A stretch of DNA of 64,000 nt from Thermoplasmata archaeon (GCA_034667685.1 JAXDQU010000012.1:11770-75769); one strand, 5' to 3'. Shown: positions 48,077 to 57,600, numbered from the stretch's first letter. The notes: a model not told the origin generated them from the sequence alone. Numbers and translations: made by a program.

Positions 48077-48109
48077 CGCGGCGACAACATCATCTACATC
48101 TCGCCGTAG
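48077..48109 (+). repeat. Direct duplicate of the Lsm 3' end
   Basis: 24 bp identical to 47980-48003, then TCG CCG TAG instead of AGT CCG TAG. Confidence 0.9.
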
Positions 48110-48115
48110 GCTCGC

Positions 48116-48442
48116 TCAGAGCCCGCGCCGGTAGACGTTGTCCATGAAGGCCTGCATGCGGTCGGACTCGCGGTCGATGCGCCGCATGCTCTCGAAGAGG
48201 AGCAGCACGACGAAGAGGACGACGACGTCGACGAGCGTCGAGACCGTCCCGCCCACGATGCCCACGACGCGGAAGGCGTCCTGCTGACCGGTGGCGGCGA
48301 AGACCTGCTGAAGCACGAACGCGACGATGCGCGCCAGGACGAGCAGCGCGACGACGAGGCTGACGGCGCCGTGGCTTCCCCGCGCCTCGATCGCGCGCGC
48401 CACCGCTCGCTCGCCCAGCCGCCCGCTTGCCGTCGTGCCCAT
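48116..48442 (-). CDS. Small membrane protein (2 TM)
   Basis: Two hydrophobic helices, host-like codons. Confidence 0.6.
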   Translation of the reverse strand: MGTTASGRLGERAVARAIEARGSHGAVSLVVALLVLARIVAFVLQQVFAATGQQDAFRVVGIVGGTVSTLVDVVVLFVVLLLFESMRRIDRESDRMQAFMDNVYRRGL

Positions 48443-48532
48443 GCCTGCTGCTCGGCCGCGCGGGCTCTTGGGTCGTCTCGCCGCGCCCTCGATGCGCGCA
48501 GGTTCAAGACGCGGCACGGCCGATGCGGAGGC

Positions 48533-48991
48533 GTGAGCAAGCGCGAGCAGGAGAAGAAGACGAGCCTCGACGCCCTCGCGCGCGTCGCGTACGCCGTCGG
48601 GGGCGGCAATCCCCACCCCGCGCCCCCGCCGAAGCCCAAGGCGAAAGCCCCTCAGCCTCGGCCTCAGCCTCAGCCCCAGCCTCGGCCCCTCGCGAAGCCC
48701 GCGGAGCCCGCGCTCGATCGGGCCCGCCGCGCGCAGCTCGCGGACCGCAAGGCGAAGCTCGAGGAGGAGCGCGCGCTGCGGGAGCGGCGCGAGCGCGAGC
48801 TGGCGGGCGGCTCGAACCTCGCGTGGCGCGGCGCGTGGACCGCGGGCAACCTGCCCGGCGTGCACCGCACCGCGTTCGACCGCGTCGAGCCCTCGCTGGC
48901 CGACAAGATCCACGGCGTGCTGGGCGACGCGAAGGAGAAGGACGGGCGCGCGAAGAATCGCGACAAGGGGCGCAGGCAGGGCGGGCGCTGA
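48533..48991 (+). CDS. Basic low-complexity hypothetical protein
   Basis: Host-like codons, PQ linker, charged helix; GTG start inferred. Confidence 0.55.
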   Translation: MSKREQEKKTSLDALARVAYAVGGGNPHPAPPPKPKAKAPQPRPQPQPQPRPLAKPAEPALDRARRAQLADRKAKLEEERALRERRERELAGGSNLAWRGAWTAGNLPGVHRTAFDRVEPSLADKIHGVLGDAKEKDGRAKNRDKGRRQGGR

Positions 48992-49023
48992 GTTCAAGCC
49001 CCGGGCGCACGTCACCCGCGTTC

Positions 49024-49827
49024 GTGCAAGAGCGCCCGTTGGGCCGCAGCGGCATCCACGTCCCCGTCGTGGGCATGGGCACCTGGAAGACGTTCGACGT
49101 CGAGGGCGCGGCCCGGAACGCGCGGCGCCGGCTCGTGCGCGAGTCGCTGGACCTGGGCGTCTCGCTCTTCGACAGCAGCCCCATGTACGGCGCGGCGGAG
49201 GAGGTCCTCGCCGACGCGCTGAAGAACGACCGCGAGGAGGCGATCGTGGCGACCAAGGTCTGGGCCGCGAGCGCGGAGGAGGGGCGCCGCCAGATCGACC
49301 GCGCGCTCCAGTGGTACGAGGGCGTCGTCGAGATCTACCAGGTGCACAACCTGCGCCTCTGGCAGGAGCACCTCAAGGAGCTGGAGCAGCGCAAGAAGCG
49401 CGACGAGGTGCGCGCGATCGGCGCCACGCACTACAACAGCGCGGCGTTCCACGAGCTCGAGGAGGTCATGCGCACCGGCCGCCTCGACATGATCCAGGTC
49501 CCGTACAACCTCATCGACCGCAAGGTGGAGGAGAAGGTCCTCCCGCTCGCCGAGAAGATGGGGCTGGGCGTGCTCGTCATGGAGCCGCTGGGCACGGGCG
49601 TCCTGGCGCGCAAGGCTCCGCCCGAGGAGACGTGGCAGCCCTTCGCCGACGAGGAGGTCGCCACGTGGGCGCAGGTCTGCCTGAAGTGGATCCTCTCGGA
49701 CCCGCGCGTCTCGTCCATCATCCCGGCGACCTCCTCGTCCGAGCACCTGCAGGAGAACGCGGCCGTGGGCGGCGGCACGTGGTACGACGAGAAGGAGCGC
49801 GCGGCCATCGCGGATCTGCTGCGGTGA
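49024..49827 (+). CDS. Aldo/keto reductase
   Basis: VGMGTW, FDSSPMYG, VATKV, YQVHN, IQVPYN, PLGTG. Confidence 0.93.
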   Translation: MQERPLGRSGIHVPVVGMGTWKTFDVEGAARNARRRLVRESLDLGVSLFDSSPMYGAAEEVLADALKNDREEAIVATKVWAASAEEGRRQIDRALQWYEGVVEIYQVHNLRLWQEHLKELEQRKKRDEVRAIGATHYNSAAFHELEEVMRTGRLDMIQVPYNLIDRKVEEKVLPLAEKMGLGVLVMEPLGTGVLARKAPPEETWQPFADEEVATWAQVCLKWILSDPRVSSIIPATSSSEHLQENAAVGGGTWYDEKERAAIADLLR

Positions 49828-49901
49828 CCGCCATCATCCGAAGGCCGACGATCGGAAGCTCCGACGATTGCATGCCTCGTGTCTGGGCGCGCTCGCGCGG
49901 A

Positions 49902-50043
49902 AAACGACGGAACCTCCGCCCGTGACCCCCGTTGGAAACCCGAGAACCCGCGGACCCGACGACCCGAATCCAAAGATCGGGTTTCTCGGGTCCGCGGGTC
50001 CGCGGGTTTTCGCCCAGGTCACGAGGCGGAGATTCCGTCGTTT
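49902..50043. repeat. Long palindromic element with internal ACCCGNGG-type units
   Basis: aaacgacggaacctccgcc-cgtgacc / ggtcacgaggcggagattccgtcgttt outer arms; tandem acccgaga/acccgcgg against ccgcgggt units. Confidence 0.88.
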
Positions 50044-50111
50044 GCCGCCGGCCTTCGCGGGGCCCCCGCCGATCCGAAATCGCATTACCCGAAGCGCGCT
50101 CTCCCGGCGGC

Positions 50112-50888
50112 GTGGCCCCCAAGGAGCCCTCCACGCTCCCCGAACTGCAGGCGACGCACAAGTCCGCGCCGCGCAGCCGGCTCTCGAAGCCCGCGGGCGA
50201 GGCGGACGAGCACTCGGCCGTGCGCAACTACGTGCGCGACCTCATCCTCGGCTTCAACGACGGCCTCGTCTCGGTCTACGCGATCACCGCGGGCGTCGCG
50301 GGCGCGGCGCTGGGCACGCGCGAGATCGCCATCGCGGGCACCGCGGCGGGCGTGGCGGGGGCGCTTTCGATGGGCCTCGGTGAATACCTCTCCACGAAGT
50401 CGCAGGGCGAGTATTACGCGAGCGAGGCGAAGCGGGAGCGCGACCACATCGCCAAGTATCCCAAGCTCGAGCGCGAGGAGCTCCACGACATGCTCGCGAA
50501 GAAGGATTACCCGCCCGAGATGATCCCGCGCCTCGTCGACCACATCGCGGGAGACGCCGACCGCTTCGTGGACTTCATGATGCGCGAGGAGTTCGGCGTG
50601 GGCCAGGAGAGCGACCGCAGCCCGTTCGTCGCGATGGGGCTCGTCATGCTCGCGTTCGTCGTGGGCGCGCTGATCCCGCTTGCCCCCTACTTCCTCGTCC
50701 GCTCGGCGGGCGCGGGCCTCGCCGTGAGCACCGTCCTGGCGCTCGCGGGCCTCTTCGTCGCGGGCAGCGTGAAGAACGTGACCGCGGGCCTGCGCTGGTG
50801 GAAGGGCGGGATCGAGATGCTGGCCCTGGGCGCGCTCGCGGCGCTCATCACGTACGGCGTGGGCCTGCTCTTCCACGTGACCGCCTAA
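50112..50888 (+). CDS. VIT1/CCC1 iron/manganese transporter
   Basis: RDLILGFNDGLVS, AGALSMGLGEYLSTKSQ, AFVVGALIPLAPY. Confidence 0.93.
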   Translation: MAPKEPSTLPELQATHKSAPRSRLSKPAGEADEHSAVRNYVRDLILGFNDGLVSVYAITAGVAGAALGTREIAIAGTAAGVAGALSMGLGEYLSTKSQGEYYASEAKRERDHIAKYPKLEREELHDMLAKKDYPPEMIPRLVDHIAGDADRFVDFMMREEFGVGQESDRSPFVAMGLVMLAFVVGALIPLAPYFLVRSAGAGLAVSTVLALAGLFVAGSVKNVTAGLRWWKGGIEMLALGALAALITYGVGLLFHVTA

Positions 50889-50929
50889 GGTGATATCACG
50901 GACGACGACCTGCTCTCCGACCGACGCTC

Positions 50930-51085
50930 GCGCGCGCCCTGCTGGAGAGCGCGGCGGGCGCCACGGCGCTTGTCGACGAGCGCGGCGTCATCGTGCTGGT
51001 CAACCAGCGGGCCGAGCGCCTCTTCGGCCATCCGCGGGACGAGATGCTCGGCAAGCCCATCGAGGCGCTGATGCCGGCGCGTGCG
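50930..51085 (+). pseudogene. Remnant of PAS domain N-terminal half
   Basis: ALLESA..LVDERGVIVLVNQRAERLFGHPRDEMLGKPIEALMP; no in-frame upstream start; ends just before a repeat element. Confidence 0.65.
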
Positions 51086-51108
51086 GGCGGGTGGAGCGTT
51101 GACGACGA

Positions 51109-51190
51109 GGCTCTGGGCTCAGGGCTCGGGGCTCCCGGTTTGCTCTGCCCCCGGAGAGCCCCGAGCCCTGAGTCCTGAGCCCAGAGCCCT
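51109..51190. repeat. Palindromic element of 7-nt units, third copy
   Basis: ggctct-gggctca-gggctcg-gggctc ... gagcccc-gagccct-gagtcct-gagccca-gagccc. Confidence 0.9.
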
Positions 51191-51272
51191 GAAGTCTCTC
51201 CAGCGCCCCGCCCCACCCAATGGTTAAATAGGAGGCTTTCATTCGGCGCGCTATCCGCCCGGGTGAAATTCC

Positions 51273-51440
51273 ATGTCCAAGGGAACCTCCTCGAAGGGCA
51301 AGTTCCACACGCCCAACCACATCCGCTGCCGCCGCTGCGGGCGCCACGCGTACCACATCCAGAAGCACCGCTGCGCTTCGTGCGGCTTCGGCGCCACCGC
51401 GAAGCTGCGCTCCTACGCCTGGGCGAAGCTGAAGAAGTGA
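51273..51440 (+). CDS. rpl37e: 50S ribosomal protein eL37 (not in the ORF track)
   Basis: MSKGTSSKGK..HIRCRRCGRHAYH....CASCGFG; TATA-like gttaaata at about 51223. Confidence 0.97.
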   Translation: MSKGTSSKGKFHTPNHIRCRRCGRHAYHIQKHRCASCGFGATAKLRSYAWAKLKK

Positions 51441-51453
51441 GGCGGACGGGCCC

Positions 51454-52986
51454 ATGGCCCGCAAGCCCCGGCGGAAGGCGGCGCTGCGAAGCGCCAGCAA
51501 GACACGCGAGGCCGACCTGCTCGCCAGCGCGCGCGCCCTCGCGGAGGACCCCTCGCTCGCCATTCCCATTTGCGAGGGGCCCTGCGTCCTGTTCTCGCCC
51601 GTGAAGGCGGCGCAGCGCGCGATTCCGAAGATCCACGCCGCGCGCGACGACGAGGCGAAGCTCCTCGCGTACGCCAAGCGCGGCAACGACCTCGCGCGCG
51701 CCTACGCCGCCACGCTCCTCCTGGCCAAGGGCGAGAGCGTCCCCTACCTGGCCGAGCTTCGCGTGCCGATGGGCAACGCGCCGTACGTGGTGCGCGGCAA
51801 GGCCAAGCCGTTCTTCGTCGCGGGACTCCAGAACCACCAGGACCGCGCGCTGCGCCTGCTGGCGCTCATGCCGTGGGTGAAGAAGCGCGGGCTCCACGTC
51901 TTCAGCGCCGACCGCGGCCTGGTCTGCACGGGCCGCCGCGCCGCGCCACCGAAGGACTTCGTCGAGGAGGAGATGGACGAGCTGGGCCTCCTGGAGACGA
52001 ATCCCGCGGCGTGGACGTGCGGACACCAGGGCCGCGACGCGCTCAAGCTCACGTGGCGCGACGCCGGCCTTGCGCTGACGCGCTGCCAGGAGTGCTGCGC
52101 CGAGGGCTCGACGCTGGAGCGCCTGCTGCGCCACATGGCGGGGCCGAAGCTCCTCGCGGGCTTCGAGGTGGGCGCCGAGCTGGCTCCGCTCGAAGGCGCG
52201 CAGGCCGAGGCCGTCGCGCTCGACGAGGCCACGCGCAAGGCGTACACCTCGGGCTCGCTCACCGACGCGCAGCTCCTGGAGGCGGCCCGCGCCTCGCGCG
52301 TCGCGTCGCTCAAGGCGCACGGCGCGCGGCTCTACGTCGCGGGCTCGCGCTCCTTCGGCGCGGACGCGGAAGGATTCCTCGCGGCGCTCTCGCCCACGCC
52401 CGCGGAGGCCCGCGCGCTGCGCGCCGCCATCGCCGCCCACGAGGGGCCCGTGGTCCTCGACAAGCCGACCACGGCCCGCGCGCTCGCGGAGCTTTGGCCC
52501 CAGCACGGCCTCGCGATGCTCGAAGCCGCGGCGCAGAGCGCGGACGTGGCGCGCGAGCTGCACAAGCCCAGCGCCGGCCCCGACGAGGCCTCCGACCTCG
52601 TGCGCCGCGCCGGGCGCGAGGGCGCCAGCCGCGCGGGCCTCGCCGCGCTGCCACGCTATCAGAGTCTGCCGCCTGCGGCGGCCACGGCCGACGCGATCGC
52701 GCGCGCCTTCCGCGGCGAGGGGCAGGAGGCCGCCGTCCGCCTTGCGCTGGAGCGCGCCGCGAGCGGCAGGCAGAAGGGCATCTGCCTCGCCGCGCTCGCC
52801 GCGCTCGGGGGGCTCAAGGGGCACGAGTGGCGCTTCAACCAGGCCGAGCGCGACGTCGCCGCGGGCGCGGGCCCCGCGATGGAGCGCCTGCTGCGCGGCG
52901 AGCCGCAAAGCTATCACGACGCGCTGCGCGAGGCGAGCTTGAGGACGGGGGAGACGACGGGCTTCGCGCCAGAGGCGCCCCGATGA
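51454..52986 (+). CDS. Hypothetical protein with Cys motifs
   Basis: 510 aa, host-like codons; CEGPC, CGH and CQECC motifs. Confidence 0.8.
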   Translation: MARKPRRKAALRSASKTREADLLASARALAEDPSLAIPICEGPCVLFSPVKAAQRAIPKIHAARDDEAKLLAYAKRGNDLARAYAATLLLAKGESVPYLAELRVPMGNAPYVVRGKAKPFFVAGLQNHQDRALRLLALMPWVKKRGLHVFSADRGLVCTGRRAAPPKDFVEEEMDELGLLETNPAAWTCGHQGRDALKLTWRDAGLALTRCQECCAEGSTLERLLRHMAGPKLLAGFEVGAELAPLEGAQAEAVALDEATRKAYTSGSLTDAQLLEAARASRVASLKAHGARLYVAGSRSFGADAEGFLAALSPTPAEARALRAAIAAHEGPVVLDKPTTARALAELWPQHGLAMLEAAAQSADVARELHKPSAGPDEASDLVRRAGREGASRAGLAALPRYQSLPPAAATADAIARAFRGEGQEAAVRLALERAASGRQKGICLAALAALGGLKGHEWRFNQAERDVAAGAGPAMERLLRGEPQSYHDALREASLRTGETTGFAPEAPR

Positions 52987-53981
52987 GGGTCGGCCTCACC
53001 TTCGAGCGCAAGTCGGACTTCCGGCCGCCGCCCGGAGCGCCGCCCGACGCCTCGGCCGAGATGGAGATGGACTACACCATCGACGAGCTGGGCGACGCGA
53101 TCCGCGCCGCGGGGCACGAGCTCGTCCCGCTGGGCTCCGCCGCGCGGCTGCTCGCGCTCGGGCCCTCGCTCCGCAAGGAGGTGGACCTCGTGTTCAACTA
53201 CAGCGTCGGGTTCGGCGGCCGCGCGCGCGAGACGTGGATCCCCGCGATCCTCGACGTCGCGGGCGTCCCCTTCGTGGGCGGCGACGCGATCTGCCTCGGG
53301 ATCGCCAGCGACAAGCACGCGACGAAGGCGCTCGCCGCGCGCCTGGGCATCCCGACCCCCGACTCGGTCCTCGTGCTCGACGAGGCGGACCTCGCGAGCG
53401 CGGCGTTCCCCCCGTTCCCGCTCATCGTGAAGCCCAACCTGGAGGGGAGCAGCATCGGGCTCACCGAGTCCTCCGTGGTGCGCGATGCGGTGGCGCTGCG
53501 CGCGCGGGTGCGCGAGTGCCTCGCCATCTACCGGCAGCCCGTGCTCGTCGAACGGTTCATCGCGGGCGCCGAGGCGACCGTGTGCCTGCTGGGCGATCCG
53601 CTGGAGCCCTTCGGCGTCGTGGGCGTCGCCATCGACGGAACGGGCGAGCTGGGCGAGCGCTTCCTCCACGGCGCGCTCAAGGGCCACATCGAGCGCACGG
53701 CCGGGCTCGTCCCCTCGGGGCTCCCGCCCGCGACGGAGGACGCGCTGGCGCGGCACGCGACGCGCCTCGCGCGGGCGTTGGGCGCGCGGGACTTCTGCCG
53801 GTGCGACTTCCGCATCAGCACGCAGGGCGAGCCGTATCTCCTGGAGGCGAACCCCATCCCGCAGCTCCAGCGCATCCGCGGCGAGTTCAGCCTCGTCGCC
53901 GAGTCGCGCGGCGGCACGTTCCAGGACGTCGTCGCGCGCATCCTCGCGAGCGCCATCACGCGCGCGGGCTTGCGAGCATGA
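52983..53981 (+). CDS. D-Ala-D-Ala-ligase-like ATP-grasp protein
   Basis: VDLVFN, GRARE, DKHATK, FPLIVKPNLEGSSIG, LVERFIAG.E, RCDFR, LEANP. Confidence 0.88.
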   Translation: MRVGLTFERKSDFRPPPGAPPDASAEMEMDYTIDELGDAIRAAGHELVPLGSAARLLALGPSLRKEVDLVFNYSVGFGGRARETWIPAILDVAGVPFVGGDAICLGIASDKHATKALAARLGIPTPDSVLVLDEADLASAAFPPFPLIVKPNLEGSSIGLTESSVVRDAVALRARVRECLAIYRQPVLVERFIAGAEATVCLLGDPLEPFGVVGVAIDGTGELGERFLHGALKGHIERTAGLVPSGLPPATEDALARHATRLARALGARDFCRCDFRISTQGEPYLLEANPIPQLQRIRGEFSLVAESRGGTFQDVVARILASAITRAGLRA

Positions 53982-54414
53982 GCACGTGGTCCTCGCGCCG
54001 CTGCGCCACCTCGAAGCCGAGCGCCGCGTAGAACGCCACGAGGTCGACGCCCTCGTCGGTCACGGGCTCGCACGTCACGGAGACCTGCGAGAAGCCTGCC
54101 CCGCGCGCGTGGGCGAAGCAGCGGCGCACCAGCGCCCCCGCGATGCCCCGCCGGCGCCGGTCCGGACGCACCGCCAGCACGTCGAGGAAGAGGCGCGAGG
54201 CGTCCTCCGCGTCCGGGGCGGCGAGGCAGAACGCGACGACGTCCGCGCCCTCCTCCGCGAGCGCCACCCACGCGCCGGGCTGCGCGCCCCGCGCCACGTA
54301 CTCGGCTTCCGGGTACTGGAGGCGCGGCGGGAACGCGAGCCGGTCGAGGGCGGCCAGGCGCGCGGCGAGCTTCGCGTCCACCGATCCCCGCTCGCGCACG
54401 CGCACGTCGGCCAT
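53956..54414 (-). CDS. GNAT acetyltransferase
   Basis: LAVRPDRRRRGIAGALV, FYAALGF. Confidence 0.88.
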   Translation of the reverse strand: MADVRVRERGSVDAKLAARLAALDRLAFPPRLQYPEAEYVARGAQPGAWVALAEEGADVVAFCLAAPDAEDASRLFLDVLAVRPDRRRRGIAGALVRRCFAHARGAGFSQVSVTCEPVTDEGVDLVAFYAALGFEVAQRREDHVLMLASPRA

Positions 54415-54491
54415 CGCGGCCGCACTCCCGCGCCGAGCCTTAGCCCCTCCCAAGCGATGGGTCCAAGGATGGCGGCGCGCTGCCCGCGTCC

Positions 54492-55241
54492 ATGCTCCTT
54501 CGGGACCACGTCGTCATCGTCACCGGCGCCGCGCAGCCCGGCAGCATCGGCGAGGCCATCGCGCAGCGCATCGCGGACGAGGGCGGCCATCCCGTGGTCA
54601 CGTCGCGCAAGCTCGCCGACGCGCAGGCCGCGGCGAAGCGCATCGGCGCGGGGTCGGGGCTTGCGTGCGACCTCACGAAGGAGCCGGACTGCGAGCGCCT
54701 CGTCGCGGACGTGCTCGCGGCGCGCGGGCGGCTCGACGGCGTCGTCCACAACGCGGGCGCCCCCATCGAGGACTGGGACCGCCCCTTCCTGGAGACGCCG
54801 GTCGAGGCCTACGCGAAGGTGTTCGACCTCGACGTGCTCGGCGCCGTGCGCCTCACCCGCCACGCGCTGAAGCCCATGCTCGCCAAGAAGCGCGGCGCGC
54901 TGGTCTTCACCTCCAGCACCGCGGCGCTCGCCGGCTACCAGCACCTCCACGAGTTCTCTCCCGCCAAGGCCGGCGCCCTGGGCCTCATGAAGGGGCTCGC
55001 GATGGAGGTGGCGCACCAGGGCGTCCGCGCCAACGCGGTCGCGTATGGCAACATCGGCTCGCCCGCCACGCTGGAGGCGCTGACACCCGAGCAGAAGGAG
55101 GCCCTGGCCCACGAGAGCCCCATGATGCGCTGGGGCGCGCCGCGCGAGGCCGCGGGGGGCGCGGTGTTCCTGCTCTCGGAGCTGGCCTCGTTCGTGAACG
55201 GCCAGACGCTGGTCATCGACGGCGGCACCGTGATGCGGTGA
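54492..55241 (+). CDS. Short-chain dehydrogenase/reductase
   Basis: VIVTGAA..SIG, HNAG, F(Y)xxxK variant FSPAK, GVRANAV, NGQTLVIDGG. Confidence 0.9.
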   Translation: MLLRDHVVIVTGAAQPGSIGEAIAQRIADEGGHPVVTSRKLADAQAAAKRIGAGSGLACDLTKEPDCERLVADVLAARGRLDGVVHNAGAPIEDWDRPFLETPVEAYAKVFDLDVLGAVRLTRHALKPMLAKKRGALVFTSSTAALAGYQHLHEFSPAKAGALGLMKGLAMEVAHQGVRANAVAYGNIGSPATLEALTPEQKEALAHESPMMRWGAPREAAGGAVFLLSELASFVNGQTLVIDGGTVMR

Positions 55242-55293
55242 TTACCCCCGCGTGCCCGCAACCTCCAAGTCCAGGCAGGCGCTCGCATGGGCG

Positions 55294-55920
55294 ATGCGTC
55301 GCGCGCTCGTGCTGGTCTCGGGCGGCCTGGACAGCACGGTCGCGCTCTGGTGGGCGCGCCAGGCGTGCTCCGAGGTCGTGCCGCTGACCTTCCACTATCC
55401 CGGGCGGCCGCGCGGCGAGAAGAAGGCCACGCGCGAGATCGCGGCGCTGGCGGGCCTGAAGCCCATCGAGGCCGAGCTGCCCTTCCTGCACGAGGCGGCG
55501 GACGTGGACGCGTCGCGCAAGCAGGCGCGCTTCGCCGCCGCGCCGCCCGGCTACATCCCCGCGCGCAACGCGCTCTTCTACGCGGCCGCGTGCTATCAGG
55601 CGAGCGTGCTGGGCTGCGAGATGGTCGTGGGCGGGCACAACGCGGAGGACGCGGCGCGCTTCCCCGACGCCAGCCGCGCGTTCTTCGCCGACCTGCAGGC
55701 GCTGCTCCACCGCGGGCTCTGGAGCGGCCCGGGCGTCCCCGCGCCACGCCTGGAGATGCCGCTGATCGGACTGGACCGCGACGGCGTCGTGACGCTGGGC
55801 GTGGGCCTGGGCGCGCCCATCGACGCGACGTGGTCCTGCTACGAGGACGGCGAGGGTCCCTGCGGCGCGTGCCCGGCGTGCGTGCGGCGCGGCGACCTCA
55901 TCTCGCGCGCGACCGCGTGA
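55294..55920 (+). CDS. queC: 7-cyano-7-deazaguanine synthase-like
   Basis: LVSGGLDST, YIPARN, FPDAS, TWSCY...CGACPACVRR. Confidence 0.85.
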   Translation: MRRALVLVSGGLDSTVALWWARQACSEVVPLTFHYPGRPRGEKKATREIAALAGLKPIEAELPFLHEAADVDASRKQARFAAAPPGYIPARNALFYAAACYQASVLGCEMVVGGHNAEDAARFPDASRAFFADLQALLHRGLWSGPGVPAPRLEMPLIGLDRDGVVTLGVGLGAPIDATWSCYEDGEGPCGACPACVRRGDLISRATA

Positions 55921-56692
55921 AGGCGCTCAACGCGAGCACGGCGAACGCGAGCGCAAGCTCCGGGCCGGGCGTCCGGGCGGGCGTCGAGGCGGCCGGCGTC
56001 GCCGTCGGCTCCGGCGTCGAGGTCGCGGTGGGCGGCAGCGCGGCGTCCGCGAAGAAGAACGATTCCTCGGTGGAAAGGACCGCGCCCGAGGCGTTGACGA
56101 GCGCGACCTGGACGAGATGGTCGCGCTGCGCGAGGCCGACCAGCGGAAGCGTGGCGCCCGTCGCGTTCGGGACGACCGCGCCATCGAGCGTCCAGCGCAG
56201 CGCGAGGCCCGGCCCGAGCGTGCCGTTCTCGACGACCGCCCGCGCCTCGGCAGCGCCGTGGATCGTCGTGCCGTTCGCCGGCGCCGCGAGCCGGACGGTG
56301 GGCGCGGGCGCCTGGACGCGCAGCGCGCCGCGCATGCCCTGCGCGCCGTGCAGCGGGCACGAGTAGGTGATATCACCGACGAAGCCGGCGGGCAGCGTCA
56401 CGGTGAGGTTCGTCTCCCCGCCCGGCGCGATGCAGCAGGGGGCGGCCTCCGAGACCGGCGTCTCGAGCTGCACGCCATGCCGCAGCGCGCCGTGGTTCAC
56501 CAGATGGATCGTGATCGTCGCGCCCGGGAACGCGTGGAGGAGCGGCGCCTGCTGGCCCGCGGCGTCGAGGAAGACGGGCTTGCCGTCGACCTCCGTCGCG
56601 ACGAGCTCCAGCGTGGCGGGCGGCGCGTCGGCGCGCGCGGCGGGCAGGAGCGGCAAGAGAAGGAGCAGGGCGAGGAGCGGCGCGCCGCGCAT
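55898..56692 (-). CDS. Surface cupredoxin + Ig-like domain with PGF-CTERM-like tail
   Basis: Signal peptide; His..YSCPLHGAQGM type-1 Cu motif; T/P linker; TPGP-hydrophobic-RSRAR tail. Confidence 0.78.
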   Translation of the reverse strand: MRGAPLLALLLLLPLLPAARADAPPATLELVATEVDGKPVFLDAAGQQAPLLHAFPGATITIHLVNHGALRHGVQLETPVSEAAPCCIAPGGETNLTVTLPAGFVGDITYSCPLHGAQGMRGALRVQAPAPTVRLAAPANGTTIHGAAEARAVVENGTLGPGLALRWTLDGAVVPNATGATLPLVGLAQRDHLVQVALVNASGAVLSTEESFFFADAALPPTATSTPEPTATPAASTPARTPGPELALAFAVLALSAFTRSRAR

Positions 56693-56718
56693 CGGCGCGG
56701 CCAACGCCCGGGCCTCGT

Positions 56719-57588
56719 TTAGCCGTAGCCGTCGAGCGCGTCGCCGGGCCGCCGCTCGCGCGTGGGCGGGGTGCGGCCGCTCCTGCGCGCGCGGGCCGCC
56801 TCGGAGGCCGCCTTCGCCGCCTCCGCCCGGAGCGCCTCGGCGCGCGGCTGGAGCGCGCGCAGGGCGTCGACGTCGCGGGCGGCCTCGATCTCCTTCGCGA
56901 GCGCGCGCTTCGACTCGCCGCGCCACGCGCCCACCTCCGGCGCGCGCAGGGGCGCCATCGCCGCGTCGCGCGCCGCCGCGAGCCGCTCGGCGGCGTCGAG
57001 CCGCGCTTCGAGCGCATCGAGATCGACGTCCGGGTCCTCACCCAAGGCGGGCATCGCCACGCCGTGACGCTCCGCGCGGCGCCGCGCCTGGACGATGCGC
57101 GACTCAAGACGCGCCTCGCGGGCCGCCGCGCGCCGCCGCGACTCCGCCTCGGCCTCCAGCGGCGAAAGCGCGTCCCACGGCGCCGCTTCGAGCGGCACGT
57201 CCTCGGGAAGCGCGCGTTCGCGCAGCGAGGCGCGATGCAGCGCCGCCTCGGCGAGCGCATCGCGGATCGCGCGGGCACGGCGCAGCGCGGCCGTCGCCCA
57301 GCGGATCTCGCGGTCGATCTCGCGCTGGCCCATGCCGCGCACCTCGTCGGGCGGCACGTCGCGCACGAACGCGAAGCCGCGCAGCGCGTGGAGAAGCTCC
57401 GCCCGCCGCGTCACGGCGAGGTCGCGCCGGAGCGCCACGAAGCGCGCGTGCGCCTCCTTGACGTCGCGCCCCTCCAACGCCGCGAGGGCATGGACGTCTG
57501 CGGCGCGCGCGGTCGGATCGGTCCCGTACTCGCGGCAAAGCTGCGCGAACCGCTCCGAAAGCTGGCCCACGGAACGCGAACGCGCCAA
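56719..57588 (-). CDS. Hypothetical alpha-helical protein
   Basis: Ala/Arg/Glu-rich frame with host-like codons; start uncertain. Confidence 0.6.
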   Translation of the reverse strand: MARSRSVGQLSERFAQLCREYGTDPTARAADVHALAALEGRDVKEAHARFVALRRDLAVTRRAELLHALRGFAFVRDVPPDEVRGMGQREIDREIRWATAALRRARAIRDALAEAALHRASLRERALPEDVPLEAAPWDALSPLEAEAESRRRAAAREARLESRIVQARRRAERHGVAMPALGEDPDVDLDALEARLDAAERLAAARDAAMAPLRAPEVGAWRGESKRALAKEIEAARDVDALRALQPRAEALRAEAAKAASEAARARRSGRTPPTRERRPGDALDGYG

Positions 57589-57600
57589 CGCGCGAAAAGG

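Noticed and set aside
48652-48682. CAGCCT hexamer runs here and at 61710-61737
   Set aside because: They encode Pro-Gln linkers inside ORFs; the similar run at 21449-21481 is one-armed and too short to call
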